A program made the translations under genes and the position numbers. Positions 1 to 14,538 of a stretch of DNA of 64,000 nucleotides are shown here, piece by piece. Within the stretch, counting starts at the first letter, position 1, and the number at the start of each line of letters is the position of its first letter. The notes beneath the pieces are model-generated. The model was not told the origin of the DNA. It did no database searches and saw nothing but the letters and a program-made list of their open reading frames with translations. The stretch comes from Escherichia coli (lineage in GTDB: Bacteria > Pseudomonadota > Gammaproteobacteria > Enterobacterales > Enterobacteriaceae). Location: assembly GCF_003334765.1 (NCBI RefSeq), contig NZ_QOWT01000001.1; one strand, given 5' to 3'.

Positions 1-646
1 GTTTGTCTGCGGCGTCTGGGAATGCGCAAATGGAATAACCATTCAGTGGGTTATCGCCGTGGCGAAGCGCCAGAAAAGCCGCCGGGCCGTGGCAAAGGGA
101 GATAACAAAACGGTCATTTTTGATTGCCCACTGTAAAGCGGCAGCTACGTCCTGGCTTTCAGGTAAACCAATAAGTGCGCCATGACCACCAGGAACAAAG
201 ATTGCTGCATATTCGCTATCAGCGTTGAGGCTGGCGACAACATCCGCGAGTTTCTTCGGATTGCGGAACAACGATTTATGCTGCTCAAAGAATGGCATTA
301 CTTTTTCATCTTTGTGCGGCATAGCCCAGTATTCAAACTTGGTCATCAGACCGGAAATGGTCGCCACTTCGAATTCGAAACCTGCAGCATGGAGATGATA
401 CAACGGCAGCAACGTTTCAATCGGATGGTTACCGGTCGAGAACAGTTTTCCGTTATCGGTCGGCAAATAACGTTCGTCCGCGGCGATCACCAGAATTTTA
501 TGTTTACCGCGATAAGGTTTTGGATAGTCCACGCCATCAAGATCAGAGACAGGACTGGTATATTGGCTAAGCGAATATTCTGAAGGAAAGAATGCATTAT
601 CTTCAGCAATATCGACCTGCGGATTTTTACTTGTTTGAACAGTCAT
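1..646 (-). CDS. hchA: Hsp31 glyoxalase/chaperone HchA, N-terminal portion (gene runs off the window start)
   Basis: Minus-strand translation from ATG at 644-646 reads MTVQTSKNPQVDIAEDNAFFPSEY...; absent from ORF track because no stop lies inside the window. Confidence 0.85.
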   Translation of the reverse strand, partial: MTVQTSKNPQVDIAEDNAFFPSEYSLSQYTSPVSDLDGVDYPKPYRGKHKILVIAADERYLPTDNGKLFSTGNHPIETLLPLYHLHAAGFEFEVATISGLMTKFEYWAMPHKDEKVMPFFEQHKSLFRNPKKLADVVASLNADSEYAAIFVPGGHGALIGLPESQDVAAALQWAIKNDRFVISLCHGPAAFLALRHGDNPLNGYSICAFPDAADK

Positions 647-1156
647 AGTGTATTCCTTATTATTGCTTAGTTAGGGTAGTCACTATATTTGCGACTGAGC
701 TGGTCGCTATTTTTAACCAGGCTGGAAAATTGAGTCAATATATCGAAAGCGGTAGTCGGCGGGTGTAAGTATGTAATGATGATGCTGCACTGGTGTTGAA
801 TATTATTCACGCCAAATTTTCCTTATTGAGCAACGTCGTCGCAAGTGGCCTCAATGATTTTAGACCATTATCAGAGGTACGGGGCGGCGGGGAGAGATTT
901 AGTGATGTGGAATATTGTGGTGCTGATGAATATTTATATCCCGGATTGGTGGAGAAAAAGCTTTTTCCATGCACTTTTTTTGCAAAAATTTCTATATGGG
1001 AGGCGTGTTTGTTGCGGATTAATTCATAAAGAAATGTATTTGGAGTGTTGGCTGGAAGAGTAGCTGGTAGAAGATATTGTGCCAGGAGGGGCAGGGTAAG
1101 GTGGTGTATCGATATGCTTTGGCAATTGCGTGTGCCGCAGATGGAGATGAAATGCC

Positions 1157-1196
1157 AATAAAAAAGCCTGAGTTCGATGAGGGACGAACTCAGGCT
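1157..1196 (-). terminator. Rho-independent terminator downstream of yedS
   Basis: Inverted repeat agcctgagttcg / cgaactcaggct with adjacent A-run on plus strand (T-run on minus strand). Confidence 0.5.
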
Positions 1197-1238
1197 AGTG
1201 TTAAGTTTTACAGTAACACGCCGCGGCGCGTCGGCTGA

Positions 1239-2354
1239 TTAGAACTGGTAGACGATACCAACTGCAAACTGGTCATCAGCTGCTGCGCCAGTAATGGCGG
1301 CGTCATCTTTATCCAGCATGTTGAATTTGTATGCAGTATAAACGTTCATGTTCTTATTAAAGTAGTACCAGGTACCAACTTCAATGTAGTTCACACGGTC
1401 AGCGTCAACATATCTATGTCCAGGTACCCCTTTGATATCTTTACCTTTAGAGTACACATAACCTAAGGACGGACGCAGACCAAAGTCGAATTGATACTGA
1501 ACAACCGCTTCAAAGTTCTGGGTTTCATTGATAAGTTGATCACGCATTATTGTATTGCCTTCTCGATCGGCAACACCTGTATCAATAGAACCCGGAGTCA
1601 TATTACGAGTTTCGCCGTACATTACAGCTGCGTAGACATTGTTCGCGTCATACTTTGCAGCCAACGACCACAGTTCAGCATTTGAACCGTTTCCATCGGC
1701 AACTTGATCGTTGGTGCGATCAGATTTGCTATATGCACCAACGATACCAAAACCATTGATGTTATAGTCTACAGACAACGCATAGCCGTCACCATTTTGT
1801 TTCTTAGTGCTACGGTTGCTGTTTTTGCCTTGGTACTGAATCGCAAAATCAAGACCATCAACCAGGCCAAAGAAATCATAGTTACGGTAGGTTGCAACAC
1901 CGTTGGTACGACCATTCATGAAGTTGTCAGCGGAAGCCCAGGAATCGCCACCCCATTCAACTAACATATCGGTATAAGCTGCGGCATCATAAGCAACACC
2001 GTAGTTACGGCCATAGTCAAATGATCCTAACTCGTTATATTTCAAACCGGCGAAGGTTAAACGGGTTTTTTCCTGGTTTTCACCTTCGGGCTTGCTGGCG
2101 TCGAGGTTGTATTCAAACTGACCAAAACCAGTCAGTTCGCTGGTGATTTGGGTTTCACCTTTAACACCGAAACGAGCATAGGAGGTATCTTCGTTTTCGC
2201 TGTTATTATCATCAGTATTTGACCAGATGCGTTCGCCAACCATCTTGCCGTAGAAATCAACTTTATTGCCATCTTTATTATAAATTTCAGCCGCATTTGC
2301 TGCGCCAGCAACTAATAACGCCGGGACCAGCATTGCCAGAACTTTTCTTTTCAT
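1239..2354 (-). CDS. yedS: OmpC-family outer membrane porin YedS, apparently intact
   Basis: ORF track 1239..2384; porin-like signal peptide [21 protein letters not shown] and C-terminal ...VGIVYQF; start placed at internal ATG 2352-2354. Confidence 0.8.
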   Translation of the reverse strand: MKRKVLAMLVPALLVAGAANAAEIYNKDGNKVDFYGKMVGERIWSNTDDNNSENEDTSYARFGVKGETQITSELTGFGQFEYNLDASKPEGENQEKTRLTFAGLKYNELGSFDYGRNYGVAYDAAAYTDMLVEWGGDSWASADNFMNGRTNGVATYRNYDFFGLVDGLDFAIQYQGKNSNRSTKKQNGDGYALSVDYNINGFGIVGAYSKSDRTNDQVADGNGSNAELWSLAAKYDANNVYAAVMYGETRNMTPGSIDTGVADREGNTIMRDQLINETQNFEAVVQYQFDFGLRPSLGYVYSKGKDIKGVPGHRYVDADRVNYIEVGTWYYFNKNMNVYTAYKFNMLDKDDAAITGAAADDQFAVGIVYQF

Positions 2355-2920
2355 TATGTATTCCCTTGTGATTATAATCTTCATGAATATATCAATAAGT
2401 GCCGTTATCCAAAAAAAAGCACATTTGGATACTATTCTATGAAGTTCATTTTATTTTAAGGATTACATGTAACAAATGTATTTAAAAGATTTCAAAATGT
2501 TTCTAATCTATTTAATATAATTCAGAATTATGAATTCTAAATATAAATATTCATGAAAATTATAAATGTATATCAATATGTTATGAGTTGGGTGGAAACA
2601 TAGGGGGTGTCAATGATTGTTGCGCTAAACGGCTGGTGTGATCACGCGCACATTAATGAAGGCATAAAAAAAAGCCGGCATCATGCCGGCCCAAAAAATA
2701 TAAACAAGACGATAAAAGGCTAATAACGGAGGCATCATGACACAGAATAATAAAAAGGTATAATTGTAATCAGTGCTAATATATTGATTGAATGAATTAA
2801 TAAAGCCGATCTCAAAGATAAATAAAATCGCTCAAAACGATTTTTCCTGTATTCACTGCCGTTGCGCAAAAATTATCTATTTGTTCAAAAAATGAGTGAG
2901 TCTTGACTGGCTCATCCAAT

Positions 2921-3286
2921 GTGGAAAAATGTGACTTTTATCACATAATAGTACTAAGTCTGAATTTTCCGGGTTATCTCAAAATGGAATACGGTTCGAC
3001 AAAGATGGAAGAGAGACTCTCTCGCAGCCCTAGTGGCAAACTGGCTTTGTGGGCTTTCTATACATGGTGTGGCTATTTCGTCTGGGCAATGGCGCGTTAC
3101 ATCTGGGTGATGAGCCGGATCCCCGATGCCCTCGTGTCGGGATTTGAAAGCGATTTAGGCTCTACCGCGGGAAAGTGGTTAGGGGCACTGGTCGGATTTT
3201 TATTTATGGCTCTGGTCGGGGCATTGTTAGGCAGCATTGCCTGGTACACCCGACCTCGTCCCGCACGTAGCAGACGCTATGAATAA
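2921..3286 (+). CDS. yedR: small inner membrane protein YedR
   Basis: ORF track 2903..3286; hydrophobic segments; start uncertain (TTG 2903, GTG 2921 or ATG 2984). Confidence 0.6.
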   Translation: MEKCDFYHIIVLSLNFPGYLKMEYGSTKMEERLSRSPSGKLALWAFYTWCGYFVWAMARYIWVMSRIPDALVSGFESDLGSTAGKWLGALVGFLFMALVGALLGSIAWYTRPRPARSRRYE

Positions 3287-3325
3287 AAACTGCTAAGGTG
3301 GCGACTCTTTGGCAACGGAGCGCGT

Positions 3326-4021
3326 ATGGACTTACAACACTGGCAGGCACAGTTCGAAAACTGGTTGAAAAACCATCATCAGCACCAGGACGCGGCCCAT
3401 GACGTGTGTCATTTTCGCCGCGTCTGGGCTACGGCACAGAAGCTGGCGGCAGATGATGACGTCGATATGCTGGTGATTTTAACAGCCTGTTATTTTCACG
3501 ATATTGTGAGCCTGGCGAAAAATTATCCGCAAAGGCAGCGTTCTTCAATCCTGGCGGCAGAAGAGACGCGTCGCCTGCTCCGTGAAGAGTTCGTGCAATT
3601 TCCGGCGGAGAAAATCGAGGCCGTTTGTCATGCCATTGCCGCTCACAGTTTCAGCGCGCAAATCGCCCCCTTAACCACGGAAGCTAAAATCGTCCAGGAT
3701 GCGGATCGGCTGGAAGCCCTGGGGGCGATTGGCCTGGCGCGCGTGTTTGCCGTTTCAGGGGCATTGGGCGTGGCGCTGTTTGATGGCGAAGATCCGTTCG
3801 CACAGTATCGCCCGCTTGATGATAAACGCTACGCGCTGGATCATTTCCAGACTAAGTTGTTGAAGCTACCGCAAACCATGCAAACCGTAAGAGGCAAGCA
3901 GCTGGCGCAGCACAACGCGCAATTTTTAGTCGAGTTTATGGCGAAGCTCAGTGCCGAACTGGCGGGGGAGAATGAAGGTGTCGATCACAAGGTGATAGAT
4001 GCGTTTTCACCCGCGGGCTGA
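3326..4021 (+). CDS. yedJ: HD-domain phosphohydrolase YedJ
   Basis: 231 aa ORF with HD motif (CYFHDIV...DADRLEALG). Confidence 0.85.
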   Translation: MDLQHWQAQFENWLKNHHQHQDAAHDVCHFRRVWATAQKLAADDDVDMLVILTACYFHDIVSLAKNYPQRQRSSILAAEETRRLLREEFVQFPAEKIEAVCHAIAAHSFSAQIAPLTTEAKIVQDADRLEALGAIGLARVFAVSGALGVALFDGEDPFAQYRPLDDKRYALDHFQTKLLKLPQTMQTVRGKQLAQHNAQFLVEFMAKLSAELAGENEGVDHKVIDAFSPAG

Positions 4022-4087
4022 GCGCGTGGCCCTAAATGGCTGTAATTATGTTAACCTGTCGACCATCTCAGATGGCCGGTTAAATCT

Positions 4088-5506
4088 ATGCAGGAAAATA
4101 TATCAGTAACCGATTCATACAGCACCGGGAATGCCGCACAGGCAATGCTGGAGAAACTGCTGCAAATTTATGATGTTAAAACGCTGGTGGCTCAGCTTAA
4201 TGGTGTGGGTGAGAATCACTGGAGCGCGGCAATTTTAAAACGTGCGCTGGCGAATGACTCGGCATGGCACCGTTTAAGTGAGAAAGAGTTCGCCCATCTG
4301 CAAACGTTGTTACCCAAACCACCGGCACATCATCCGCATTATGCGTTTCGCTTTATCGATCTATTTGCCGGAATTGGCGGCATCCGTCGCGGTTTTGAAT
4401 CGATTGGCGGACAGTGCGTGTTTACCAGCGAATGGAACAAACATGCGGTACGCACTTATAAAGCCAATCATTATTGCGACCCGGCGACGCATCATTTTAA
4501 TGAAGATATCCGCGACATCACCCTCAGCCATAAAGAAGGCGTGAGTGATGAGGCGGCGGCGGAACATATTCGTCAACACATTCCTGAACACGATGTTTTA
4601 CTGGCCGGTTTCCCTTGTCAGCCATTTTCGCTGGCTGGCGTATCGAAAAAGAACTCGCTCGGGCGGGCGCACGGTTTTGCCTGCGATACTCAGGGCACGC
4701 TGTTCTTTGATGTGGTGCGCATTATCGACGCGCGTCGTCCGGCGATGTTTGTGCTCGAAAACGTCAAAAACCTGAAAAGCCACGACCAGGGTAAAACGTT
4801 CCGCATCATCATGCAGACGCTGGACGAACTGGGCTATGACGTGGCTGATGCAGAAGATAACGGGCCGGACGATCCGAAAATCATCGATGGTAAACATTTT
4901 CTGCCGCAGCACCGTGAACGCATCGTGCTGGTGGGTTTTCGTCGCGATCTTAACCTGAAAGCCGATTTTACTCTGCGTGATATCAGCGGATGTTTCCCTG
5001 CGCAGCGAGTGACGCTGGCGCAGCTGCTGGACCCGATGGTCGAGGCGAAATATATCCTGACGCCGGTACTGTGGAAGTACCTCTATCGATATGCGAAAAA
5101 ACATCAGGCGCGCGGTAACGGCTTCGGTTATGGAATGGTTTATCCGAACAATCCGCAAAGCGTCACCCGTACGCTGTCTGCGCGTTATTACAAAGATGGC
5201 GCGGAAATTTTAATCGATCGCGGATGGGATATGGCCACGGGTGAAAAAGACTTTGACGATCCGCTGAATCAGCAACATCGTCCACGTCGGTTAACGCCTC
5301 GGGAATGCGCGCGCTTAATGGGTTTTGAAGCGCCGGGAGAAGCGAAATTCCGCATTCCGGTTTCGGACACTCAGGCCTATCGCCAGTTCGGTAACTCGGT
5401 GGTCGTGCCGGTCTTTGCCGCGGTGGCAAAACTGCTTGAGCCAAAAATCAAACAGGCGGTGGCGTTGCGTCAGCAAGAGGCACAACATGGCCGATGTTCA
5501 CGATAA
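4088..5506 (+). CDS. dcm: DNA-cytosine C5 methyltransferase Dcm
   Basis: 472 aa ORF with C5-MTase motifs ([17 protein letters not shown]). Confidence 0.93.
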   Translation: MQENISVTDSYSTGNAAQAMLEKLLQIYDVKTLVAQLNGVGENHWSAAILKRALANDSAWHRLSEKEFAHLQTLLPKPPAHHPHYAFRFIDLFAGIGGIRRGFESIGGQCVFTSEWNKHAVRTYKANHYCDPATHHFNEDIRDITLSHKEGVSDEAAAEHIRQHIPEHDVLLAGFPCQPFSLAGVSKKNSLGRAHGFACDTQGTLFFDVVRIIDARRPAMFVLENVKNLKSHDQGKTFRIIMQTLDELGYDVADAEDNGPDDPKIIDGKHFLPQHRERIVLVGFRRDLNLKADFTLRDISGCFPAQRVTLAQLLDPMVEAKYILTPVLWKYLYRYAKKHQARGNGFGYGMVYPNNPQSVTRTLSARYYKDGAEILIDRGWDMATGEKDFDDPLNQQHRPRRLTPRECARLMGFEAPGEAKFRIPVSDTQAYRQFGNSVVVPVFAAVAKLLEPKIKQAVALRQQEAQHGRCSR

Positions 5507-5957
5507 GGCCACACGCAGCAAAAATATGCGCGCGATTGCCACGCGTGATACGGCGATTGAGAAGCGCCTCGCCAGTTTGTTAACCGGGCAGGGACTGGCG
5601 TTTCGCGTTCAGGACGCCAGTCTGCCCGGACGCCCGGATTTTGTCGTTGATGAATATCGCTGCGTGATATTTACCCATGGCTGCTTCTGGCATCATCATC
5701 ACTGCTATCTGTTTAAAGTGCCTGCGACTCGAACCGAGTTCTGGCTGGAGAAGATAGGTAAAAATGTTGAGCGCGATCGCCGCGATATCAGTCGCTTGCA
5801 GGAACTCGGCTGGCGCGTATTGATTGTCTGGGAGTGCGCGTTACGTGGGCGCGAGAAGCTGACGGATGAAGCGCTTAGCGAGCGTCTGGAAGAGTGGATC
5901 TGCGGCGAAGGTGCCAGCGCGCAGATCGACACGCAGGGGATTCATTTACTCGCTTGA
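5487..5957 (+). CDS. vsr: very short patch repair endonuclease Vsr
   Basis: ATG at 5487 inside the 3' end of dcm in another frame; product [22 protein letters not shown]..., 156 aa. Confidence 0.9.
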   Translation: MADVHDKATRSKNMRAIATRDTAIEKRLASLLTGQGLAFRVQDASLPGRPDFVVDEYRCVIFTHGCFWHHHHCYLFKVPATRTEFWLEKIGKNVERDRRDISRLQELGWRVLIVWECALRGREKLTDEALSERLEEWICGEGASAQIDTQGIHLLA

Positions 5958-6866
5958 TGCGTCCTGAATAACTGGCGCAACTACGGGTTTTGCCGGAAAG
6001 AGATATTTTCCCAACGTGACCAGCACCACCGCGAAGACAATTACGCCGAGCGCCAGCCATTCAATCTTCGAAAGCGTCTCTCCACCCAGTCCCGTACCCA
6101 GCAAGACCGCGACCACCGGGTTAACGTAGGCGTAGCTGGTGGCGAGAGCCGGACTGACGTTGCGGATTAAATACATATAAGCGTTGATGGCGATAATCGA
6201 ACCAAACAGCGCCAGATAGCCGACCGCAAGGAAGCCTGAAAGGGAAGGGAGCGCCGTCAGTTTTTCACCCGCAATCATCGACGCGATCATTAACACCACG
6301 CCTGCCGCCAGCATCTCAATCGCACCCGCCATCATCCCTACAGGTAAGGTAATGTGCGAGCCATAAACTGAGCCAAACGCCCAGCTAATCGAGCCGATTA
6401 AAATCAGAATCGCGCCCCACGGATTGCCGCTTAAATTTCCACCGCTATTGAGCATGATGATTCCGGCAAGCCCAATGGCAATACCCACCCATTCCAGTTT
6501 GCGCGTTTTAATGCCAAACAGGCGGCTGAAGCACAGGGTAAAGAGGGGCACGGTTGCAACCACTACGGCGGCGATGCCGGAAGGAACATTTTGATGTTCG
6601 GCAACCGTCACCATGCCATTACCGACAGCCAGCAATAACAGGCCAATCAGCGCGGCATTGAGCAGCGGACGTAGCGGGGGGAGCTTGTGTCCGCGCAGTA
6701 GCAAAAATGCCAGCAATAAAATACCGGCTGCCAGGAATCGAACGCCCGCCATCATTAATGGAGGCCAGCTTTCCACGCCAATCCGAATGACAAAATAGGT
6801 TGAGCCCCAAATGATATACAACGCAAACAGCGCGCCAAAAAGCGGTAATAACTGGCGGAAACGCAT
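5946..6866 (-). CDS. yedA: EamA/DMT-family inner membrane transporter YedA
   Basis: 306 aa polytopic membrane ORF. Confidence 0.85.
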   Translation of the reverse strand: MRFRQLLPLFGALFALYIIWGSTYFVIRIGVESWPPLMMAGVRFLAAGILLLAFLLLRGHKLPPLRPLLNAALIGLLLLAVGNGMVTVAEHQNVPSGIAAVVVATVPLFTLCFSRLFGIKTRKLEWVGIAIGLAGIIMLNSGGNLSGNPWGAILILIGSISWAFGSVYGSHITLPVGMMAGAIEMLAAGVVLMIASMIAGEKLTALPSLSGFLAVGYLALFGSIIAINAYMYLIRNVSPALATSYAYVNPVVAVLLGTGLGGETLSKIEWLALGVIVFAVVLVTLGKYLFPAKPVVAPVIQDASSE

Positions 6867-7038
6867 AATCCCTCACGGTGGAAATAAAAAGGTGGTTCAT
6901 AGTAAACGTGAAAATCATTCTGCTGGCGAGAGATATAATTGCACTTGATTGTTAAAAAAATGTTGACCTGTGAAGCAAGTATCAGAGCTGCCGTTTTTGC
7001 TTCATACTTACACCCTTCAACAATAAAAATGAGAGGGA

Positions 7039-7956
7039 ATGCTTTTGGCCGGGAGTAGTTTACTGACGTTGCTCGATGATATCGCCACACTGCTGGACGA
7101 TATCTCCGTGATGGGCAAACTGGCGGCGAAGAAAACCGCCGGTGTATTAGGGGATGACTTATCGCTCAATGCGCAACAAGTTTCAGGTGTGCGGGCCAAC
7201 CGGGAACTTCCCGTGGTCTGGGGCGTGGCGAAAGGATCGCTGATCAATAAAGTGATTCTGGTGCCACTGGCGCTGATTATCAGTGCGTTTATCCCGTGGG
7301 CGATTACGCCATTGTTGATGATCGGTGGCGCGTTTCTCTGCTTTGAAGGGGTAGAGAAAGTGCTGCATATGCTGGAGGCGCGTAAACATAAAGAAGATCC
7401 GGCGCAGAGTCAGCAGCGTCTGGAGAAGCTGGCGGCGCAGGATCCGCTGAAGTTTGAAAAGGACAAAATAAAAGGGGCGATTCGTACCGATTTTATATTG
7501 TCTGCGGAAATCGTCGCCATCACGCTGGGGATTGTGGCCGAAGCGCCGTTGCTTAATCAGGTGCTGGTGCTTTCAGGCATCGCGCTGGTAGTGACCGTGG
7601 GCGTCTACGGTCTGGTAGGGGTTATCGTTAAGATTGATGACCTGGGGTATTGGCTGGCGGAAAAATCCAGCGCGCTGATGCAGGCATTAGGTAAAGGATT
7701 ATTGATTATCGCGCCCTGGCTGATGAAAGCGTTTTCGATTGTCGGCACGCTGGCGATGTTCCTCGTCGGCGGCGGGATTGTGGTACATGGTATTGCGCCG
7801 CTGCATCACGCCATTGAACATTTCGCCGGGCAGCAAAGTGCAGTGGTGGCGATGATATTACCGACTGTTTTAAATCTGATTCTTGGATTTATCATCGGCG
7901 GCATCGTGGTGCTGGGAGTGAAAGCCGTAGCAAAAATGCGCGGTCAGGCACATTAA
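7039..7956 (+). CDS. yedI: inner membrane protein YedI (DUF808)
   Basis: 305 aa membrane ORF. Confidence 0.85.
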   Translation: MLLAGSSLLTLLDDIATLLDDISVMGKLAAKKTAGVLGDDLSLNAQQVSGVRANRELPVVWGVAKGSLINKVILVPLALIISAFIPWAITPLLMIGGAFLCFEGVEKVLHMLEARKHKEDPAQSQQRLEKLAAQDPLKFEKDKIKGAIRTDFILSAEIVAITLGIVAEAPLLNQVLVLSGIALVVTVGVYGLVGVIVKIDDLGYWLAEKSSALMQALGKGLLIIAPWLMKAFSIVGTLAMFLVGGGIVVHGIAPLHHAIEHFAGQQSAVVAMILPTVLNLILGFIIGGIVVLGVKAVAKMRGQAH

Positions 7957-8034
7957 TACTCGCACAAGCTATTATGCAAAATTCGCCATCTTCAACTAAG
8001 GTGAACAAGTTTCACTCGAAAAAAGGAGGCGAGT

Positions 8035-8217
8035 ATGAGCTTTATGGTTAGTGAGGAAGTTACGGTTAAAGAGGGCGGCCCGCGGATGATTGTCACTGGA
8101 TACTCCAGCGGTATGGTTGAGTGTCGTTGGTATGACGGTTACGGGGTCAAGCGGGAAGCTTTTCATGAAACCGAGCTTGTTCCAGGGGAGGGGAGTCGTT
8201 CTGCGGAAGAAGTTTGA
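8035..8217 (+). CDS. yodC: small protein YodC
   Basis: 60 aa ORF MSFMVSEEVTVKEGGPRMIVTGYSSG... Confidence 0.8.
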   Translation: MSFMVSEEVTVKEGGPRMIVTGYSSGMVECRWYDGYGVKREAFHETELVPGEGSRSAEEV

Positions 8218-8387
8218 AAGGGTATCATTAAGACCAGGCCGGATCACATCCGGCCTGGTGTGCCAATGCCTGCAATGAATGATAGTCGCGTCTTATCATG
8301 CCACCATTATAAAATTATCGCTGTTTTGCGGTACGCTATCGCCAGGTTATGCCAGAATCATAAAAAAGCAGGTGGGGAGTCGTCAGG

Positions 8388-10912
<2,525 letters not shown>

Positions 10913-11092
10913 TTACCAGGATGATTCTCAAAACAGCACAAATTATCAAAGATGATTTTGTTCGGGAGCGATCCCGCTGACGCCAGAGCCACCAAGGGGT
11001 GACGTGCGTCACATTTCTATTCATAAGTAGCGTTAATCATTCATATAGCGAATATTTTCTTGTCAGCGAAAAAAATTGCGGATAAGGTGATG

Positions 11093-11179
11093 AACACATC
11101 AGATTTCCTGGTGTAACGAATTTTTTAAGTGCTTCTTGCTTAAGCAAGTTTCATCCCGACCCCCTCAGGGTCGGGATTT
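11093..11179 (+). ncRNA. dsrA: DsrA small regulatory RNA
   Basis: Sequence aacacatcagatttcctggtgtaacgaattttttaagtgcttcttgcttaagcaagtttcatcccgaccccctcagggtcgggattt matches remembered DsrA, including its terminator hairpin. Confidence 0.85.
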
Positions 11180-11192
11180 TTTTATTGTGCAT

Positions 11193-11420
11193 TCAACGAT
11201 TCACTTCAGAGACGCTGAAGTCATGAATATCCAGTTCGAAGGCATCCGCCAATTCACGCCATGTATGATATTCACGTCCATCGACGCTAACGTGTTCAGA
11301 ATCGTTCTGGCTGCGATGAACTTCGCTTTCGCTAATTTCATTGATCGCCGCCAGCAGGGCATCGACATCGACGCTGACCTCACGTTTTGCGGTATCGCTG
11401 TACTCTTTTGCGGTTTTCAT
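11193..11420 (-). CDS. yodD: stress-induced protein YodD
   Basis: ORF track 11193..11435; product MKTAKEYSDTAKREVSVDVDALL... from ATG at 11420. Confidence 0.8.
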   Translation of the reverse strand: MKTAKEYSDTAKREVSVDVDALLAAINEISESEVHRSQNDSEHVSVDGREYHTWRELADAFELDIHDFSVSEVNR

Positions 11421-11492
11421 CATCTTTCCTCGCAACCGTTACTCTGTTGTTGCCGCCAGTCGTTAAGTCCGCCTGGCATCACTTAAGTATAG

Positions 11493-11771
<279 letters not shown>

Positions 11772-11814
11772 TCTTATTCAGCCTGACTGGTGGGAAACCA
11801 CCAGTCAGAATGTG

Positions 11815-12438
11815 TTAGCGCATGTTGACAAAAATACCATTAGTCACATTATCCGTCAGTCGGACGACATGGTAGATAACCTGTTTATTATGCGTTTTGA
11901 TCTTACGTTTAATATTACCTTTATGCGATGAAACGGTCTTGGCTTTGATATTCATTTGGTCAGAGATTTGAATGGTTCCCTGACCTGCCATCCACATTCG
12001 CAACATACTCGATTCGGTTCGGCTCAATGATAACGTCGGCATATTTAAAAACGAGGTTATCGTTGTCTCTTTTTTCAGAATATCGCCAAGGATATCGTCG
12101 AGAGATTCCGGTTTAATCGATTTAGAACTTATCAATAAATTTTTTCTGACCAATAGATATTCATCAAAATGAACATTGGCAATTGCCATAAAAACGATAA
12201 ATAACGTATTGGGATGTTGATTAATGATGTGCTTGATGTGCTGACTGTTAGAAGCATCATGGATGAAACAGTCCTCATTAATAAACACCACTGAAGGGCG
12301 CTGTGAATCACAAGCTATGGCAAGGTCATCAACGGTTTCAATGTCGTTGATTTCTCTTTTTTTAACCCCTCTACTCAACAGATACCCGGTTAAACCTAGT
12401 CGGGTGTAACTACATAAATCCATAATAATCGTTGACAT
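11815..12438 (-). CDS. rcsA: LuxR-family capsule (colanic acid) regulator RcsA
   Basis: 207 aa ORF with C-terminal LuxR HTH; AT-rich gene. Confidence 0.9.
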
Positions 12439-12688
12439 GGCATACCCTCACTCAATGCGTAACGATAATTCCCCTTACCTGAATATTTCATCATGACTAA
12501 ACGGAACAACATGGGTCACCTAATGCGCCACTCTCGCGATTTTTCAGGCGGACTTACTATCCCGTAAAGTGTTGTATAATTTGCCTGGAATTGTCTTAAA
12601 GTAAAGTAAATGTTGCGATATGTGAGTGAGCTTAAAACAAATATTTCGCTGCAGGAGTATCTTGGAAGATGTTCGTAGGTATTATTTT

Positions 12689-12702
12689 TCGGATAATCCT
12701 TA
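12689..12702 (-). promoter_or_regulatory. putative RcsAB box upstream of rcsA
   Basis: Minus-strand TAAGGATTATCCGA resembles the RcsAB box consensus TaAGaatatTCctA. Confidence 0.4.
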
Positions 12703-12727
12703 GGATAACATGATAAACGTTACGGAA

Positions 12728-13513
12728 TTATATTAATGGCAATTCACTAATAATATCAGCCAGCAAATTAAAAATTTCACTGAATAAATGTTCGCAAAAA
12801 GGCGCAATTAACGGCATTAATGCCGCCATTAAAGAGATACCGACAGTCAGAGTTAATGGAAATCCAATAACAAAAATGGATAATTGCGGGGCCATACGAT
12901 TCAGTAAACCTAATGCCAGATTCAGGGTCAGCAGCAGAGTAATGAGCGGTAACGCCAGCATCAGCCCGTTAAGGAAAATCAAACTCCCTGCTTTGGTGAG
13001 TGCCAGAAACGCATTGCTGTTCAACGGTTCGCCACCAATAGGCAGGGTGTGAAAGGTATCGACCAGCAGTGAAATCAACCATAAATGACCGTTAAATGTC
13101 AGGAACAGCAGTAACGCCAGCATATCCATGATACGCGCTAAAACGGGCATATTGAGATGGCTGGCCGGATCGACAAACGTCGCAAATGACAGCCCCATTT
13201 GCAGACCGATAATTTCGCCAGCGGTTCGCACAGCGGCAAAGGCAAATTGCATGGTAAAACCAAGCGCAATGCCGATCAGGATCTGCTGCACGGCCAGCCA
13301 CAGAGCAAAGAACGAAAAAACAGGAACATCGTTGGCAGGTAATGATGGGGCAATGGCGAACGTGATCATCATTGCCAGCCCCAGTTTTACCCGTTTCGGC
13401 ACGCTGCGTTCGCTCAGAATTGGTGCGGTAGAAATGAGCGCCAGCACGCGCAGTAACGGCCAGAAGTACAGGCTTAACCAGGAAAGCCATTGATCGCTTG
13501 TCACCTGCATCAT
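12728..13513 (-). CDS. fliR: flagellar export apparatus protein FliR
   Basis: 261 aa membrane ORF, last gene of the fliL-R operon. Confidence 0.9.
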   Translation of the reverse strand: MMQVTSDQWLSWLSLYFWPLLRVLALISTAPILSERSVPKRVKLGLAMMITFAIAPSLPANDVPVFSFFALWLAVQQILIGIALGFTMQFAFAAVRTAGEIIGLQMGLSFATFVDPASHLNMPVLARIMDMLALLLFLTFNGHLWLISLLVDTFHTLPIGGEPLNSNAFLALTKAGSLIFLNGLMLALPLITLLLTLNLALGLLNRMAPQLSIFVIGFPLTLTVGISLMAALMPLIAPFCEHLFSEIFNLLADIISELPLI

Positions 13514-13521
13514 TGTACGGC

Positions 13522-13791
13522 CTACCCGATGATATACGGCAGGTTAGTGAACAAGGTGCGGACGTAATCCAGCAACAGATTGAGCATCCACGGTCCGGCA
13601 ATAATAATGGCGATAAATACGGCGATGATTTTCGGAATAAACGACAGCGTCATTTCGTTAATCTGGGTGGCGGCCTGCAAAATACTGATGATAAGACCCG
13701 TGACCAGCGCCACCAGCAACAGCGGGGCAGCCAGTGCCAGCGCGACTTTCATCGCTTCAGTCCCCATCATCATGACCGATTCAGGTGTCAT
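13522..13791 (-). CDS. fliQ: flagellar export apparatus protein FliQ
   Basis: 89 aa membrane ORF. Confidence 0.9.
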   Translation of the reverse strand: MTPESVMMMGTEAMKVALALAAPLLLVALVTGLIISILQAATQINEMTLSFIPKIIAVFIAIIIAGPWMLNLLLDYVRTLFTNLPYIIG

Positions 13792-13800
13792 TTTGCCTCT

Positions 13801-14538
13801 CTAGCTGTAAAAGCTCTGCGCCAGCGAACCGACCAGCAATTGCCAACCATCCACCAGTACAAACAGCATCAGTTTAAAGGGCAGAGCAATGGTGGCTGGG
13901 GGAACCATCATCATCCCCAATGCCATCAACACGCTGGCAATCACCAGGTCGATAATCAAAAAAGGAATGAAAATCGTGAAGCCTATCTGAAATGCGGTTT
14001 TCAACTCGCTGGTCACGTAGGCCGGGAGCAAAATGCGCATCGGCACGGCTTCAGGTCCCTGCAACGGGCCGGTATTCGCCAGTCTGGCAAACAACCCTAA
14101 ATCCGCCTCGCGGGTCTGACGCAGCATAAACTCACGCAGCGGCTGCGCCCCTTTTTCCAGCGCCTCCTGCATTGAGATTTTCTCTTCGCTAAATGGCTGG
14201 TACGCATCGACATAAATTTTGTCGATCACCGGTGACATAATAAAAAAGGTCAAAAACAGTGCCAGCCCCAGCAATACCTGGTTAGGTGGCGCGGAGGGTG
14301 TTCCCAGCGCGTTACGCAATAAACCAAAAACAATGATGATGCGGGTGAAACTGGTCATCATCAGTAAAATTGCCGGAATAAACGTCAACGAGGTGATGAA
14401 CACCAGCGTCTGCACCGGGAGCGACCAGCTTTGTCCACCGCCAGGCAGCGGCTGGCTGGTGATACCCGGCAGTTGCGCGAAGGCGAGGGGCGTAATCAGC
14501 CAGAGAAGGACAGGTGCGACAGACAATAAACGACGCAT
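13801..14538 (-). CDS. fliP: flagellar export apparatus protein FliP
   Basis: 245 aa ORF with signal peptide and TM segments. Confidence 0.9.
   Translation of the reverse strand: MRRLLSVAPVLLWLITPLAFAQLPGITSQPLPGGGQSWSLPVQTLVFITSLTFIPAILLMMTSFTRIIIVFGLLRNALGTPSAPPNQVLLGLALFLTFFIMSPVIDKIYVDAYQPFSEEKISMQEALEKGAQPLREFMLRQTREADLGLFARLANTGPLQGPEAVPMRILLPAYVTSELKTAFQIGFTIFIPFLIIDLVIASVLMALGMMMVPPATIALPFKLMLFVLVDGWQLLVGSLAQSFYS

Noticed and set aside
182-583. 133 aa plus-strand ORF at window start
   Set aside because: It is antisense to the hchA coding sequence, which translates cleanly on the minus strand
793-1063. Two overlapping small ORFs (78 and 72 aa) in the hchA-yedS intergenic region
   Set aside because: No recognisable motifs or clear ribosome-binding site; the region is more plausibly the hchA promoter and yedS terminator
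2672-2692. Hairpin gccggcatcatgccggc in the yedS-yedR divergent region, considered as an sRNA terminator
   Set aside because: Flanked by A-runs on both sides but with no evident promoter or conserved sRNA sequence I can recognise; left uncalled
8225-8260. Hairpin aggccggatcacatccggcct after yodC, considered as a REP element or terminator
   Set aside because: A single short palindrome without a clear T-run or repeated copies; insufficient to call either
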